Shown: piece by piece, positions 32,827-43,188 of the stretch
Layout of the letters: each line of letters starts with the position of its first letter
How positions within the stretch are numbered: position 1 is the stretch's first letter
From: Trueperaceae bacterium
Lineage (GTDB): Bacteria > Deinococcota > Deinococci > Deinococcales > Trueperaceae
Length of the DNA stretch: 64,000 bases
Direction of reading: 5' to 3'
Assembly (NCBI GenBank): GCA_965213925.1
Contig: OZ243927.1
Span: 1,824,001-1,888,000, forward strand
Notes under the pieces: model-generated
Databases searched by the model: none
What the model was told of the DNA's origin: nothing
Seen by the model: the letters and a program-made list of their open reading frames with translations, nothing else
Program-made: the position numbers and the translations under genes

Positions 32827-32896
32827 GTAGGTATCATCTTGCGAGCTGTGTTAGCGCCTCATTAACTGAGGACCTCTTTACGTAGATGATACCTAC
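32827..32896. repeat. 70-bp inverted-repeat element (GGTATYATC family)
   Basis: GTAGGTATCATCT / AGATGATACCTAC, a perfect 13-bp IR 5 nt from the tRNA-Ser 3' end. Confidence 0.75.
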
Positions 32897-32901
32897 TCTC
32901 T

Positions 32902-32993
32902 TGGCGGAGAGAGAGGGATTCGAACCCTCGGTGCAGGTTACCCCACACACACGCTTTCCAGGCGTGCTCCTTAAACCGCTCGGACACCTCTCC
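32902..32993 (-). tRNA. tRNA-Ser(GGA)
   Basis: GGAGAGGTGTCCGAGCGG...CACGC-CTGGAAA-GCGTG, long variable arm, GGTTCGAATCC and CCA end. Confidence 0.97.
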
Positions 32994-33000
32994 AGGTGTA

Positions 33001-33076
33001 GCAGGTATCATCTGATTAGCGCCAACCTCACGATATGGAATACCGCTTAGCACGCACGTTTGGTGATAATGCCTGC
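33001..33076. repeat. 76-bp inverted-repeat element (GGTATYATC family)
   Basis: GCAGGTATCATC ... GATAATGCCTGC, 7 nt from the tRNA-Ser 5' end. Confidence 0.7.
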
Positions 33077-33138
33077 GTGATACAAACTCAGTGGCTATAG
33101 TAAGCCGACGTGAGCACTAAAGTCTATCAAGATTGCAT

Positions 33139-33178
33139 GAGGCGGGTCAACCAGGAAAGAGGCGGGTCAACCAGGAAA
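33139..33178. repeat. Perfect 20-bp tandem duplication
   Basis: GAGGCGGGTCAACCAGGAAA twice. Confidence 0.9.
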
Positions 33179-33191
33179 GTTGAAAGCAATG

Positions 33192-33422
33192 AGCAATGAG
33201 TTGAAAGTGAAAGTCAAAAACTTTTTACTCACCGTTTCGCCTCCGCGAAAACTTCGTAAGCGGGAGACTGCGTAACCAGCCCTGTGCCCCGTATGGGGTA
33301 TGACTGGATTACATAACCAGCTCGACTGGATTGCTCGCCGTTCGCCCAGCCCTGTGCGTCGCGTGGACCGCTCCCGCTAGCTGCGTAAGCGGATATGACT
33401 GGGTTGCTCGGAACTCATTGCT
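33192..33422. mobile_element. Modular MITE/REP-like element, family A copy 1
   Basis: 11-bp TIR AGCAATGAGTT/AACTCATTGCT. The core 33227-33336 matches the reverse complement of 39987-40096 at 108/110. Confidence 0.75.
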
Positions 33423-33486
33423 GCTTTCCACACAACATACCCTCAAGAGGTCGCTTCTTACAATGAAAGCAGTAAAGGAGTTATCT

Positions 33487-34125
33487 ATGTTTAGAGACAG
33501 AGTGGTCAACTTAGAAAGTGTCGAAGCGACTGAAGCGTTTCTCAGTCAGTACCCCACTAGCGTGATCTTCAAGGCGGGAACGTGCCACAAGACGATGCAG
33601 GGTTTCGGTTTTGTGCAGGAGAAGCTGGAGCCTCGAGAAGACCTCATGGTCGGGCTCATCCGCGTGGTCGAGGCGCGTCCGGCGAGCAACCTCATCGCGG
33701 AGAAGACGGGCATCGTCCACCAGTCGCCGCAAGTCATTCTCTTCAAGGAGGGCGAAGCGGTTTTCGACGTGGACAACTGGAACATCACGCCTGACGTGTT
33801 GGATACAGGCTTTCAGCGGGTGCCACCCAGTGGTGAAGTTATGAGCAGCGGGGCGAAGACCTCGAGCGACTTAGGACCCTACAAGCAGCTTTTGGAGCAG
33901 TACTTAGCGGGCGTCATCGACTACCGCCAGTTCGAATACGCCTACACGACGATGTTTCGCGATGACGCGAGCTTGCGCTCCCGCGAAGAGGTCGAGGTTC
34001 TGGGCTCTATCTTCGGCGATGTAGACCGCCACGTCGAGATGCACATGATGATGGGCGGACGCTCGAACAGCGACGCGGTGCGGCAGCGGGCGGAGGCGGC
34101 GTATCAGAAGCTGCAAAGTCTGTAG
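33487..34125 (+). CDS. brxC: BrxC-like monothiol bacilliredoxin fused to a C-terminal helical (colicin-immunity-like) domain, Deinococcus AbxC type
   Basis: FKAGTCHKT, IVHQSPQVIL and AAGGAG RBS before ATG 33487. Confidence 0.8.
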   Translation: MFRDRVVNLESVEATEAFLSQYPTSVIFKAGTCHKTMQGFGFVQEKLEPREDLMVGLIRVVEARPASNLIAEKTGIVHQSPQVILFKEGEAVFDVDNWNITPDVLDTGFQRVPPSGEVMSSGAKTSSDLGPYKQLLEQYLAGVIDYRQFEYAYTTMFRDDASLRSREEVEVLGSIFGDVDRHVEMHMMMGGRSNSDAVRQRAEAAYQKLQSL

Positions 34126-34140
34126 TTCTTCGTTGGACAA

Positions 34141-34648
34141 GTGAGCGCGTCACCGGAACTTTTGGAATTCATTCAAGCTAAGTGGCAGGAATGGTCTTGC
34201 CCCTTAGTTAATGGAATAGTGTTCGATGATGGTCAGGTAGCGATACTTGACCATCGGATTTTTTCAAAAGAGGGTGAATTCCAGTTAGGGCAGGTTCCGA
34301 TTATCCGTGAAACGGATATTAGGTGAATTTACCTTGGCAGACGATGACGATTTCGTATGGTGCGACCCTCATGTCTCTATACGGATAGGTGAATCTCTAT
34401 CTGTTTATGCAGGAGAGTCAGCCAACCACGGTAGCTACGGTTTTGTGGCTCTCTGCAGAAACCCCTCTAGGTACTTCAAATGGATTTTCTTTTCCAAAGA
34501 TTTGAATCCGTTTATTGAGTTGGCGGTAAGTGAGAACGAAGAGGTCGTGGCTACGAACAACAACGGGGTTGTGCTGAGAATTCCTTTAAGTAATCCTCGA
34601 GCTTCGAATATAGAGAGCAATGGTCGGCATGGCTTGAGAAGATTTTAG
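34141..34648 (+). pseudogene. Low-GC hypothetical gene split by an apparent frameshift near 34315
   Basis: ORFs 34141-34326 and 34307-34648 overlap in different frames and read as one domain. Confidence 0.55.
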
Positions 34649-34666
34649 CCGCATTTTTGTTCCTTC

Positions 34667-35572
34667 TTAACTCGGCAAGAAATAAAGCACGACCATAATC
34701 GCTGCGAGCGACCCTACCGTCGTCGCCACCACCGTCCGCGCCACCCCTTCGTAATCGCCTTTCACCTCAACCGCCACCACGAACATCGTCACGGCGGCGG
34801 GCATGGCGGCGGAGAGTGTGAGAACGTTCAAATCCAGACCGCGCAAGCCGATGAGCCAGCCCACGGCGTAAGCGATAAAGGGACCAACCACGAGCCGCAG
34901 CCCTGACGCCCGCAGCGCCGACGCCCCCACACCCCACACCCACGAGCGGCGCATCTGCAGCCCGAGCGAGAGGAGCATCACGGGGATGGCGGCGTCGCCT
35001 AAGAGCGACATCCCTCTCGCCGCGCTCGTCGGCAGCTCCCACGCGAAGAGGGTGAAAGCGAGACCCGCTAAGGTCGCCCAAATTGGCGGCAATTTAAGTG
35101 CGTCCACGAGTTTCGTGCGCAAGTCCTCGCCGCCCCCCGCCAACACGGTCGGTCCAACGACGAACATCAGCACGAGCGAGAGCATGAAGATGACCACAGC
35201 GCGCTCGAGCCCCGCCTCCCCGTACGCGAAGAGCGTGATGGGCAGCCCCATGTTTCCTGTATTGCCGAAGAGACTCGTCACGATGACCCCTCTCGTTTGC
35301 GCTCCAGAGAGCCCAACCGAGCCGAGCGCAGAGATGACGCCTAACGCGGCGAGGTAGAGCAAGTAGCCGAGCGAGAGCAGCGACGCCGAGGAGAGCGTCA
35401 AAGAGGTATTCGCGACTGCGTTAAAGACGAGCGCCGGAATCATGAAGTAGACCGTCAGGCGTGTCAGGGTCGGCAAGTCTAATTCCGGAAAGAGACGGTC
35501 GGCGTACGCACCCAGTGCGATGAGGAAAAAGGCGGGCAAGGTGGCGTTGAGAGCAGTTTGGATGGCGTCCAC
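34667..35572 (-). CDS. AEC-family (malate permease-like) transporter
   Basis: FGNTGNMGLP, AAIPVMLLSLG and AAMPAAV, about ten TM segments. Confidence 0.9.
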   Translation of the reverse strand: MDAIQTALNATLPAFFLIALGAYADRLFPELDLPTLTRLTVYFMIPALVFNAVANTSLTLSSASLLSLGYLLYLAALGVISALGSVGLSGAQTRGVIVTSLFGNTGNMGLPITLFAYGEAGLERAVVIFMLSLVLMFVVGPTVLAGGGEDLRTKLVDALKLPPIWATLAGLAFTLFAWELPTSAARGMSLLGDAAIPVMLLSLGLQMRRSWVWGVGASALRASGLRLVVGPFIAYAVGWLIGLRGLDLNVLTLSAAMPAAVTMFVVAVEVKGDYEGVARTVVATTVGSLAAIMVVLYFLPS

Positions 35573-35779
35573 ACGCCCAGTCTACAGCGCATAGGGACGC
35601 CGAAAGTGTAGAGGCGCCGTGCGCTAGATAAGTCGCCCCACGTCAGCGCCGTGTCCAAAGGCAGAGACGACACCTAAGTGGCTCGAGTGCGAAGTGCCGC
35701 GCTAGTAGCCGTTAGGTGCCTAAACGAAATTGTAACCCCCACGCCTTTGAAAAGAACATCTCAACGTAGCATGGTAAGG

Positions 35780-37897
35780 ATGATTTTACGACCCGGACAC
35801 CCTTACCCCTTGGGCGCAACCTGGAACGGCTTGGGCGTCAACTTCGCGCTCAGCAGCCAGCACGCCGAGCGCGTCGAGCTGCTTCTGTTTGACCACCCGA
35901 ACGATACGGAAGAGGCTAGGTGTGTCACCTTACCCGAACGCACCGGACCCGTCTGGCACGGCTTCTTGCCTGGTATAAGACCTGGTCAGCTCTACGGCTA
36001 CCGCGTCCACGGTCCTTACGACCCCGAAAACGGACACCGTTTTAACCCGAATAAAGTCCTCCTCGACCCCTACGCCAAAGCCCTCGGACGCTCCCTAACC
36101 TGGGACGACGCGCTCTTCGGCTACGAAGTCGGTAGCGAAGAAGAAGACCTCGCGGTGAGCGGTGCGGACAGCGCCCCTTATGCGCCCCTCGGTATGGTCG
36201 TCGAAGACGCTTTCGCCTGGGGCGACCACCGCCGCCCAAACGTGCCTTGGGAAGAGACCATCTTCTATGAAACGCACGTCAAGGGCATCAGCAAGCTGCA
36301 CCCGGACGTGCCCGAGCACTTTCGCGGTACCTATTTGGGTCTCGCCTCAGAACCGATCATCGAGCACCTCACCTCGCTAGGTGTCACCTCCGTCGAACTG
36401 CTCCCCTGCCAAACCTTTACCAATGACCGCTACTTGGTCGAGCAAGGGCTCTCGAACTACTGGGGTTACAACCCGCTCAACTATTTTGCCCCTGAACCCT
36501 CCTACGCTTACGACCCTAAGATGGCGGTGCGCGAATTCAAGATGATGGTGCGCGCTCTCCACGATGCGGGCTTAGAGGTCATCATGGATGTGGTCTATAA
36601 CCACACGGGCGAGGGTAACCACATGGGACCGACCCTCTCTTATAAAGGCATCGACAACCACAGCTACTACAAGATGAACCCTGACAACGCGCGCTTCTAC
36701 ATGGACTATACAGGCACAGGCAACACGCTCGACGCGGGGCACCCTCAAGTGGTGCGCCTCATCACCGACTCGCTGCGCTACTGGACCCAAGAGATGCACG
36801 TGGACGGCTTCCGCTTCGACCTCGCCACGACGCTCGCAAGGGAACGGCACGATGTGGATATGCGTGCGATTTGTATGCAAGCCTTCGAGCAAGACCCTGT
36901 TTTGTCCAAAGTCAAGCTCGTCGCGGAGCCTTGGGATATCGGGCCGTACGGCTATCAGGTTGGCGGCTACCCCTGGTACTGGGCGGAGTGGAACGGGCGC
37001 TACCGCGACACCGTGCGGGGCTATTGGCACGGCGGCGGCGACGCGGGCTCGACCCCCGAACTCGCCACGCGCACCACGGGCAGCAGCGACCTCTACGCGC
37101 ACAACGGGCGCAGACCCTACCACTCGGTGAATTTCATCACTGCCCACGACGGCTTCACGCTTCAAGACCTGGTGAGCTACAACCAGAAGCACAACGAAGC
37201 GAACGGTGAGGACAACCGCGACGGCGAAGACCACAACCTGAGCTATAACGGCGGCGAAGAGGGTCCCTCCGAAAACGAGAACGTGCTGCGCGACCGCGAG
37301 ACGCGCAAGCGCACCTTTTTGGCGACGCTCTTTCTCTCGCAAGGCACGCCGATGATGCTGGGCGGTGACGAACTCTCCCGCACCAAGGGTGGGAACAACA
37401 ACACCTACTGCCAAGACAACGAACTCAACTGGTACGACTGGAACCTAGACGAGCGCGAAGAGAACTTCCTCTCGTTTGTAAAAGACCTCATCGCCTTTCG
37501 CAAGGCGCACCCCGTCTTTCACCGCCGCAACTTCCTGACCGGGCGCGAAGAGAACGGCTGCCGCGACGTGTCGTGGTGGCATTCGGACGGGCGCGAGATG
37601 GCGGATAATGACTGGAACGACCCTAAGCTCAAGGGACTCGGGATGCTCTTATGCGGGGAAGCCTCGAGCGAACTCATGCGCGGCGGCACGCACGAAAACG
37701 AAACCTTTTTAATGCTCTTCCACGGCAAGCAGGCGAGCCGCTTCGTGCTGCCCGAGCCGCCCAACGCCGCCTGGCGCTGGGAAGAGGTCTGGGCGACTGA
37801 GGCGCGGCGCAGGCGGACGCGCTTTTTAGCGGCGGGCTCACGTATCGTATTGCCGCCCCGTCAGCTCTCGGTGCTGAAGGCGGTGCCGCCACGCTGA
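35780..37897 (+). CDS. glgX: Glycogen debranching enzyme (isoamylase)
   Basis: [29 protein letters not shown] and AHDGFTL. Confidence 0.97.
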   Translation: MILRPGHPYPLGATWNGLGVNFALSSQHAERVELLLFDHPNDTEEARCVTLPERTGPVWHGFLPGIRPGQLYGYRVHGPYDPENGHRFNPNKVLLDPYAKALGRSLTWDDALFGYEVGSEEEDLAVSGADSAPYAPLGMVVEDAFAWGDHRRPNVPWEETIFYETHVKGISKLHPDVPEHFRGTYLGLASEPIIEHLTSLGVTSVELLPCQTFTNDRYLVEQGLSNYWGYNPLNYFAPEPSYAYDPKMAVREFKMMVRALHDAGLEVIMDVVYNHTGEGNHMGPTLSYKGIDNHSYYKMNPDNARFYMDYTGTGNTLDAGHPQVVRLITDSLRYWTQEMHVDGFRFDLATTLARERHDVDMRAICMQAFEQDPVLSKVKLVAEPWDIGPYGYQVGGYPWYWAEWNGRYRDTVRGYWHGGGDAGSTPELATRTTGSSDLYAHNGRRPYHSVNFITAHDGFTLQDLVSYNQKHNEANGEDNRDGEDHNLSYNGGEEGPSENENVLRDRETRKRTFLATLFLSQGTPMMLGGDELSRTKGGNNNTYCQDNELNWYDWNLDEREENFLSFVKDLIAFRKAHPVFHRRNFLTGREENGCRDVSWWHSDGREMADNDWNDPKLKGLGMLLCGEASSELMRGGTHENETFLMLFHGKQASRFVLPEPPNAAWRWEEVWATEARRRRTRFLAAGSRIVLPPRQLSVLKAVPPR

Positions 37898-38028
37898 GCA
37901 CTTAGAGTATAAAGAATTGTATGTGACGATACGCGGTTTGAGAGAGGTTCAAGCCGCGTATCATTGTATCTGTAGAAAACTGTTGAACATCTAAAAACTA
38001 TGAGTCAAGTTCACTGGAGATTTTATCT

Positions 38029-38481
38029 GTGACAGCGCGTTTGTTTTTATTTCTGACCTTGCTAGGTTCTGTCGGCGTTTCGCTAGCTCAGAGTGGCGGC
38101 GTGGATGAAGATAAATATACGTTGACCCCTACGTTTATCGGTTACGACTTGTACATGCCGACTAACTTGCGAGAAGCCGTTGATGAATTATCGAAAATGC
38201 TCCAGCCTGCTTTAGCTACCGAGATACGCAAAAGTAGCAGTGGTGGATTGATTATCTACCACTTCAGTCTCGGACGGTGGATGCGCAACAACTGGGGTTT
38301 ATGGGGAAACTCTGAGTTGGCCCAGTATTTCCAGAGGCGTAGCATTTGTCACCCTGACGCTATGTCCAGCGTTATCCTTACGGCTTACTGGCAAACGGTC
38401 AATGACTTGGATATAACATTTGATGAACATGTTCCAAGCCAAAGTGCCTGTTTCAATTCAGAGGACAGCGGGATTGATTAA
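38029..38481 (+). CDS. Exported DUF6794-like protein
   Basis: Signal peptide and HFSLGRWMRNNWGLW...HPDAMSSVIL. Lower GC. Confidence 0.7.
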   Translation: MTARLFLFLTLLGSVGVSLAQSGGVDEDKYTLTPTFIGYDLYMPTNLREAVDELSKMLQPALATEIRKSSSGGLIIYHFSLGRWMRNNWGLWGNSELAQYFQRRSICHPDAMSSVILTAYWQTVNDLDITFDEHVPSQSACFNSEDSGID

Positions 38482-38510
38482 CCAGCGAATAGCCCAAAAA
38501 TTTGTCCTAT

Positions 38511-39302
38511 TCAACTCCTATTATTCTTTCTTAGGCTGGTAAGAGCGTGTTCAAACACCCCTCGAAACCTCACCTTCGCCTCCTCCAACTCTCTCACCTC
38601 ACCTCTCGGCGGCACTGGCTTATCCAATTCGTCGCGTTGCAAATACGTCGTATAACGCTCCACCATTAGCACTTCAGTCTGCGGCATCTGAGCGTAATGC
38701 TTGACGACATGCCCGCCCGTAAAGACCTTATTGCGAACCACCCCAAACCCACACGTCAAAAAGCTTTCTTCTAAAAGTGGCATAAGCGTCTGAGCGTCCG
38801 CGCGTCCGTTATCGTTACCTAAACAAACGTCATCGGCAATCGGTCCCATAAAGCTGTGCAAATCGAGCAAGTAGACCTTGCCAAAGGTGCGCCTTATTTG
38901 TTCCAAGAGGTCAGCCAACGTTTTATGATAGGGGAGATAGAAGGTCTCGATGCGGCTCTGAACCTCTTGTCTCGTAAGAGGTTGTATGTAAAGAGGGTCG
39001 CCCCGAGTCGAACTCTCGTAAACAACCGAAGTCTTGTAAGACCCGTAAAGAGGTTCGCGCGAGGAGCGGTTCACGTCGGCGACGTAGCGGCTAAAGTTCG
39101 CTTTCAAGACAGTGACGCCGAGCGCGGGTAAGAAGTCGTAGAGTTTGTCCAAATGCCAATCTACATTAGGTTGAGCTTCACGGTATTGGGTAACGAAACG
39201 GCTGCTGACCTCTTCGGGCACAAACGCGCTGCTGTGCGGGATGCTGGCGATGATAGGAAGAGGTGAAGAGGTAGGACTTAGCACCGTAACAACCTCTTTC
39301 AC
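38511..39302 (-). CDS. N-formylglutamate amidohydrolase family
   Basis: SIPHS, DWHL..LY, SRYVADVNR, PYH and LLDLHSF. Confidence 0.88.
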   Translation of the reverse strand: MKEVVTVLSPTSSPLPIIASIPHSSAFVPEEVSSRFVTQYREAQPNVDWHLDKLYDFLPALGVTVLKANFSRYVADVNRSSREPLYGSYKTSVVYESSTRGDPLYIQPLTRQEVQSRIETFYLPYHKTLADLLEQIRRTFGKVYLLDLHSFMGPIADDVCLGNDNGRADAQTLMPLLEESFLTCGFGVVRNKVFTGGHVVKHYAQMPQTEVLMVERYTTYLQRDELDKPVPPRGEVRELEEAKVRFRGVFEHALTSLRKNNRS

Positions 39303-39883
39303 AAAAGAATCAACCCCAACTGCGCCGCCCGCACCACCGCTTCCGTCCGACTCTTCGCGCCCAACTTGCTTAAAATTGCGCTCGTGTGAAACTTAGCGGT
39401 GGATTCGCTGATCTCGAGCGTTTTAGAGACCATCTTATTTGACGCGCCCTGCGCGAGCAGTTGCAAGACCTCTTGCTCTCTGGCGGTGAGAGGCTCAACC
39501 TCCACGTCCGGGACGACCTCTTGTAGTGAAGCGGTGAAAGCGGGCTCGAGCACCACCAACCCCTGCAAAGCTGCCTGAAGCGCGGCGACGATTTTGTCGG
39601 TTTCGGCGTCGCGGTAAAGAACGCCCGTTACACCTACATTCAGCGCGTCCGTCACATTCGCCTCAACCTCTTGGATGAGGGCAACAATAGGCACGCTGAG
39701 TGAATCAACCTCTTCATCTGCGTCAAAGTCCCATAAAATCACGTCAGGTTCGAAAAGGTCTGCTTCCGCTAGGGTCGCGGCTTGTCCGACAATGTTGAGG
39801 TCGGGCTCGAGCACCGCTGCTAGCCCCATGCGCACGAGGGGGTCGTGGGCGACGATGACGAGATTGAGGGTGGACGGTTCCAT
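39299..39883 (-). CDS. NarL/LuxR-family response regulator
   Basis: Receiver domain plus LTAREQEVLQLLAQGASNK HTH. Confidence 0.92.
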   Translation of the reverse strand: MEPSTLNLVIVAHDPLVRMGLAAVLEPDLNIVGQAATLAEADLFEPDVILWDFDADEEVDSLSVPIVALIQEVEANVTDALNVGVTGVLYRDAETDKIVAALQAALQGLVVLEPAFTASLQEVVPDVEVEPLTAREQEVLQLLAQGASNKMVSKTLEISESTAKFHTSAILSKLGAKSRTEAVVRAAQLGLILL

Positions 39884-39944
39884 CTACAGGACCTAAGCAT
39901 GACCTCTAAAGAAACCTCTTGCCGTAAGCTTGCTTGCGCAAGGA

Positions 39945-40132
39945 AGCAATGAGTTCTGAGCAATCCAGTCGAGCTGGACGAACGGTGAGCAATCCAGTCG
40001 AGCTGGTTATGTAATCCAGTCATACCCCATACGGGGCACAGGGCTGGTTACGCAGTCTCCCGCTTACGAAGTTTTCGCGAATGCGAAACGGTGAGTGAAA
40101 ATCTTTAGACTCATCGCTCGCTCCTCATTGCT
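39945..40132. mobile_element. Modular MITE/REP-like element, family A copy 2 (inverted relative to copy 1)
   Basis: AGCAATGAG ... CTCATTGCT ends and the shared 110-bp core. Confidence 0.75.
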
Positions 40133-40239
40133 ACCTATCTGCGCCGCAATCTTTCCCAATTGTGACACCGGTACACCCTCACCCCCACAAATGCATATTT
40201 CCACGTCGCATCGCCTCCCGTACCCTTATAGTCAAGCTT

Positions 40240-40737
40240 ATGTTAGAACCGTCCCTCGAACTCTACGGCGAGACCTTTGACAAGGTGGACGCGCTCTTGG
40301 AAGACCTGCTGACCAAGACGCACGCGCGTTACGCGCTTGTCATCGACCTCAAAGGCTTCGTCCTCATGCATAACCGCGCGCTGTGGGCTCCTAAGCCCCC
40401 CTCACTCGATTCGCTCGCCACGCTCGTCGCCTCGAACTACTCCGCGAACGCCGCCATTGCTCAACTTTTGGGCGAGCCGGGCTTTCGCGAGATGGTGCAG
40501 CAGGGCAGCGAAGTCGGCACCTATATCGAGGAACTCGGTGAGAAGGCGCTGCTCATCACCGTTTTCGACTCCTCCTCCGCTCTCGGTAAGGTCAAACTGT
40601 TCACTAAAAAAACGGTTGAGGCGATCCGTGAGGCGCTCGCCGATTCCACTGACGCGCCCCCTGAACTCACCTTTGACGACGCCTGGAAGGGCTCCGCCGA
40701 CTCACTCTTAGATGGAATATTTGGGAAAGACGCATGA
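40240..40737 (+). CDS. mglB: Roadblock/LC7 protein MglB
   Basis: Roadblock fold pattern ([21 protein letters not shown]) coupled to the GTPase gene. Confidence 0.88.
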   Translation: MLEPSLELYGETFDKVDALLEDLLTKTHARYALVIDLKGFVLMHNRALWAPKPPSLDSLATLVASNYSANAAIAQLLGEPGFREMVQQGSEVGTYIEELGEKALLITVFDSSSALGKVKLFTKKTVEAIREALADSTDAPPELTFDDAWKGSADSLLDGIFGKDA

Positions 40738-41324
40738 GCACCATTAACTTTGCCGCCCGCGAAATCAACTTCAAGATCGTCTACTACGGCTGTGGTATGT
40801 CGGGCAAAACGACGAACATCAAGAAAATCTACGAGCAAGTCCCGGCGGAGAGCAAGGGCGAGATGGTCAGCCTAGCGACTGAAGACGAGCGCACCTTGTT
40901 CTTCGACTTCTTACCGCTGGACTTAGGCAGCGTCAACGGCTTCAAGACGCGCTTTCACCTCTACACAGTGCCCGGACAGGTTTTCTACAACTCCTCGCGC
41001 AAGCTCATCTTGCGCGGCGTGGACGGCATCGTCTTCGTCGCGGACTCCGCGCCGGACCGCCTCCGCGCGAACGCCGAATCTTTGCGCAATCTGCGCGAGA
41101 ACCTCACGGAGTATAACCTCTCGCTGGGCGAAATCCCGTATGTGATTCAGATCAACAAGCGCGACCTGCCGAACGCGGTGCCCGCCGAGATGATCAAGCA
41201 GATTCTCGACCCCTCGGGTCAAGTCAAGTTTTATGAGGCGGCTGCTGCGAAGTTCGAGGGCGTATTCGAGCCCCTGCGCGGCGTGTCGAAGCTCGTGTTG
41301 GAGAAGCTCGCACAGACGAAGTAA
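40734..41324 (+). CDS. mglA: Small Ras-like GTPase MglA
   Basis: [16 protein letters not shown]...[19 protein letters not shown] and NKRD. Confidence 0.95.
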   Translation: MSTINFAAREINFKIVYYGCGMSGKTTNIKKIYEQVPAESKGEMVSLATEDERTLFFDFLPLDLGSVNGFKTRFHLYTVPGQVFYNSSRKLILRGVDGIVFVADSAPDRLRANAESLRNLRENLTEYNLSLGEIPYVIQINKRDLPNAVPAEMIKQILDPSGQVKFYEAAAAKFEGVFEPLRGVSKLVLEKLAQTK

Positions 41325-41395
41325 GTCAGTCGAGGTTCCGTTTAGCCCTCTTCTATCATTAGGAGAGGGTTTCTCCTTTGTCTCGAGAGGTCAAG

Positions 41396-41558
41396 TACAC
41401 GGTAAACTAAGTTTTGCGACATATTACTTGTCACCCTGAGCCCTTGGGCGTGAGGGTCTCGCCTTTCAATCTCAGCAAGAGGAGTCAGCAAGGTCAGAGA
41501 TTCTTTCACTCCGCTTCGCTACGTTCAGAATGACGTGCTTCATTTAGTTTATGGCGTA
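41396..41558. mobile_element. Composite MITE/REP-like element, family B copy 1
   Basis: Outer imperfect IR TAC....TAAACTAA / TTAGTTTA....GTA. Inner TGTCACCCTGAGC...TCAGAATGAC palindrome shared with 61877-62085. Confidence 0.7.
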
Positions 41559-41738
41559 TTAAGAGACGGTGAGGCTAAATAAGGTCTGACCTCTTTCCTT
41601 GATTGTTTAGTCTCAAGCACCTCTCTATGTCAAAACCAAGCGTATTTTGATTCTTCATCCATATAACGTGTGAATTAAGCGGCGCTTTCTCAGCCGAGAG
41701 CGTTGGTGACTAGATGCTACCTGCTGTATACTTCACGC

Positions 41739-42659
41739 ATGGCACTTCACACGGGTTTAGAGATTTTGGCGGCGGCCCGCAAGGGCGGCTACGGCGTCGG
41801 CGCGTTCAATACGAACAACCTGGAGATCACCCAAGCGATCTTGGAGGCGGCGGAGGAGACGAGAAGCCCCGTGCTCTTGGCGCTCTCGGAGGGTGCCATC
41901 AAGTACGGCGGCAAAAACTTGGTAGATATGGTCGTCAAATTGGGCGACGAGGCGAGCGTGCCGGTCTGCGTTCACCTAGACCACGGCTCCTCTTATGAGT
42001 CGTGCTTGCGCTCGCTCCGCTACGGGCTCACCTCGGTGATGATCGACAAGTCGCACGAGGACGAAGAGACGAATATAGAGGAGACGAAGCGCGTCGTCGA
42101 AGCGGCGCACGCCGTGGGCGCAACCGTCGAGGCGGAGATCGGGCGCTTGGGCGGCGTCGAGGAGCACGTGGTCGTCTCCGAAGAGGACGCAATTCTCACC
42201 AAGCCCGACGAAGCGGAGCGCTTTATGGAGAAGAGCGGCGCGGACTATCTCGCGGTGGCGATTGGCACCTCGCACGGCGCGAACAAGGGCAAAGGACGCC
42301 CCTACATCGACCACGAGCGTATCAAAGAGATCGCGAACCGCCTCCCGCAACCTCTGGTGATGCACGGCGCGAGCGGCGTGCCGAATGATATCGTGGAGCG
42401 TTTGCGGGCAGCAGGGGGGCAGCTCGAATACGCCTCTGGTATCCACGAAGAGGACGTGGAAAAAGCCGTCACCGAAGGAATCGCCAAAATCAATACAGAC
42501 ACAGACCTCCGCCTAGCCTTTACAACTAGAGTGCGCGAAGTGCTCATGAATAAGCCTGAAGAGTTCGACCCGCGTAAAATCTTAGGACCGGCGCGTGACG
42601 AGATGAAAAACGTGGTGAAAAAGCGTATGGAGCTGTTTAAGTCGGCGGGAAAAGCGTAG
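41739..42659 (+). CDS. fba: Class II fructose-bisphosphate aldolase
   Basis: HLDHG, SVMIDKSH, GTSHG, MHGASG and KINTDTDLR. Confidence 0.96.
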   Translation: MALHTGLEILAAARKGGYGVGAFNTNNLEITQAILEAAEETRSPVLLALSEGAIKYGGKNLVDMVVKLGDEASVPVCVHLDHGSSYESCLRSLRYGLTSVMIDKSHEDEETNIEETKRVVEAAHAVGATVEAEIGRLGGVEEHVVVSEEDAILTKPDEAERFMEKSGADYLAVAIGTSHGANKGKGRPYIDHERIKEIANRLPQPLVMHGASGVPNDIVERLRAAGGQLEYASGIHEEDVEKAVTEGIAKINTDTDLRLAFTTRVREVLMNKPEEFDPRKILGPARDEMKNVVKKRMELFKSAGKA

Positions 42660-42828
42660 GGGGTAGTATCCCGTTATAAACGCAGCGAGCCGTATCGTAA
42701 GTTCAAGAGCTGTTCACTTTTAGCAGTTAGGTAGTAGCAAAAGTCTTTCAGCTAAAAGTTAATACCTAAAAGCTTCCTATGAGATTTCAGCGCCACTTTA
42801 GACTTGCGCAGTGCATGAAGGGGGAACA

Positions 42829-43188
42829 ATGGAAGAAATAGACTTAGGCAACGGGCAGATCATCTTAGGGCAAGAGCGCGTGGTGGCGTATACGCATTCG
42901 GATGGAACGTTGAAGGTGCATCTCGAGGGTGGTCACACCCTCCAAACGGACGACGAGGAGCGCATCGAGGTTTTTTTGCGCAACCTCAAGATCAAGTCCA
43001 CCGGACCCTATTTCCGCTCCTCGATCGAGCACGCGCCGGGCGAAGAGACGCAAGACCCGGAAGAGGCGGAAGAGGTAGCGAAAGCCTCCACGGGTGCGGT
43101 AGATGATTCCGAAGAAGATGCAGATGAGGAAGACAAGAAGTCCGAGGAGGCTAAGCATGGCTCGGAGGCGAGTCAGCAAGAGGATTAG
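42829..43188 (+). CDS. Hypothetical protein with an acidic disordered tail
   Basis: GGGGGA RBS before the ATG. The 3' end overlaps the convergent GGDEF gene. Confidence 0.65.
   Translation: MEEIDLGNGQIILGQERVVAYTHSDGTLKVHLEGGHTLQTDDEERIEVFLRNLKIKSTGPYFRSSIEHAPGEETQDPEEAEEVAKASTGAVDDSEEDADEEDKKSEEAKHGSEASQQED

Noticed and set aside
32321..32902. tRNA-Ser as the attachment site of an integrated island
   Set aside because: No integrase and no duplicated tRNA 3' end in the window. Only one low-GC gene follows.
33139..33422. Possible CRISPR array from repeated words
   Set aside because: The repeats are tandem or nested hairpin modules without regular unique spacers.
41661..41720. ATAAC...AATTAAGCGGCG resembling the left half of an integron attC site
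   Set aside because: No matching L'/R' half ending in GTTRRRY, no cassette ORF and no integrase.
42727..42769. TTAGGTAGTAGC...GTTAATACCTAA as another member of the 70-bp IR family
   Set aside because: The arms are degenerate and the span is only about 43 bp, so it is too weak to include.
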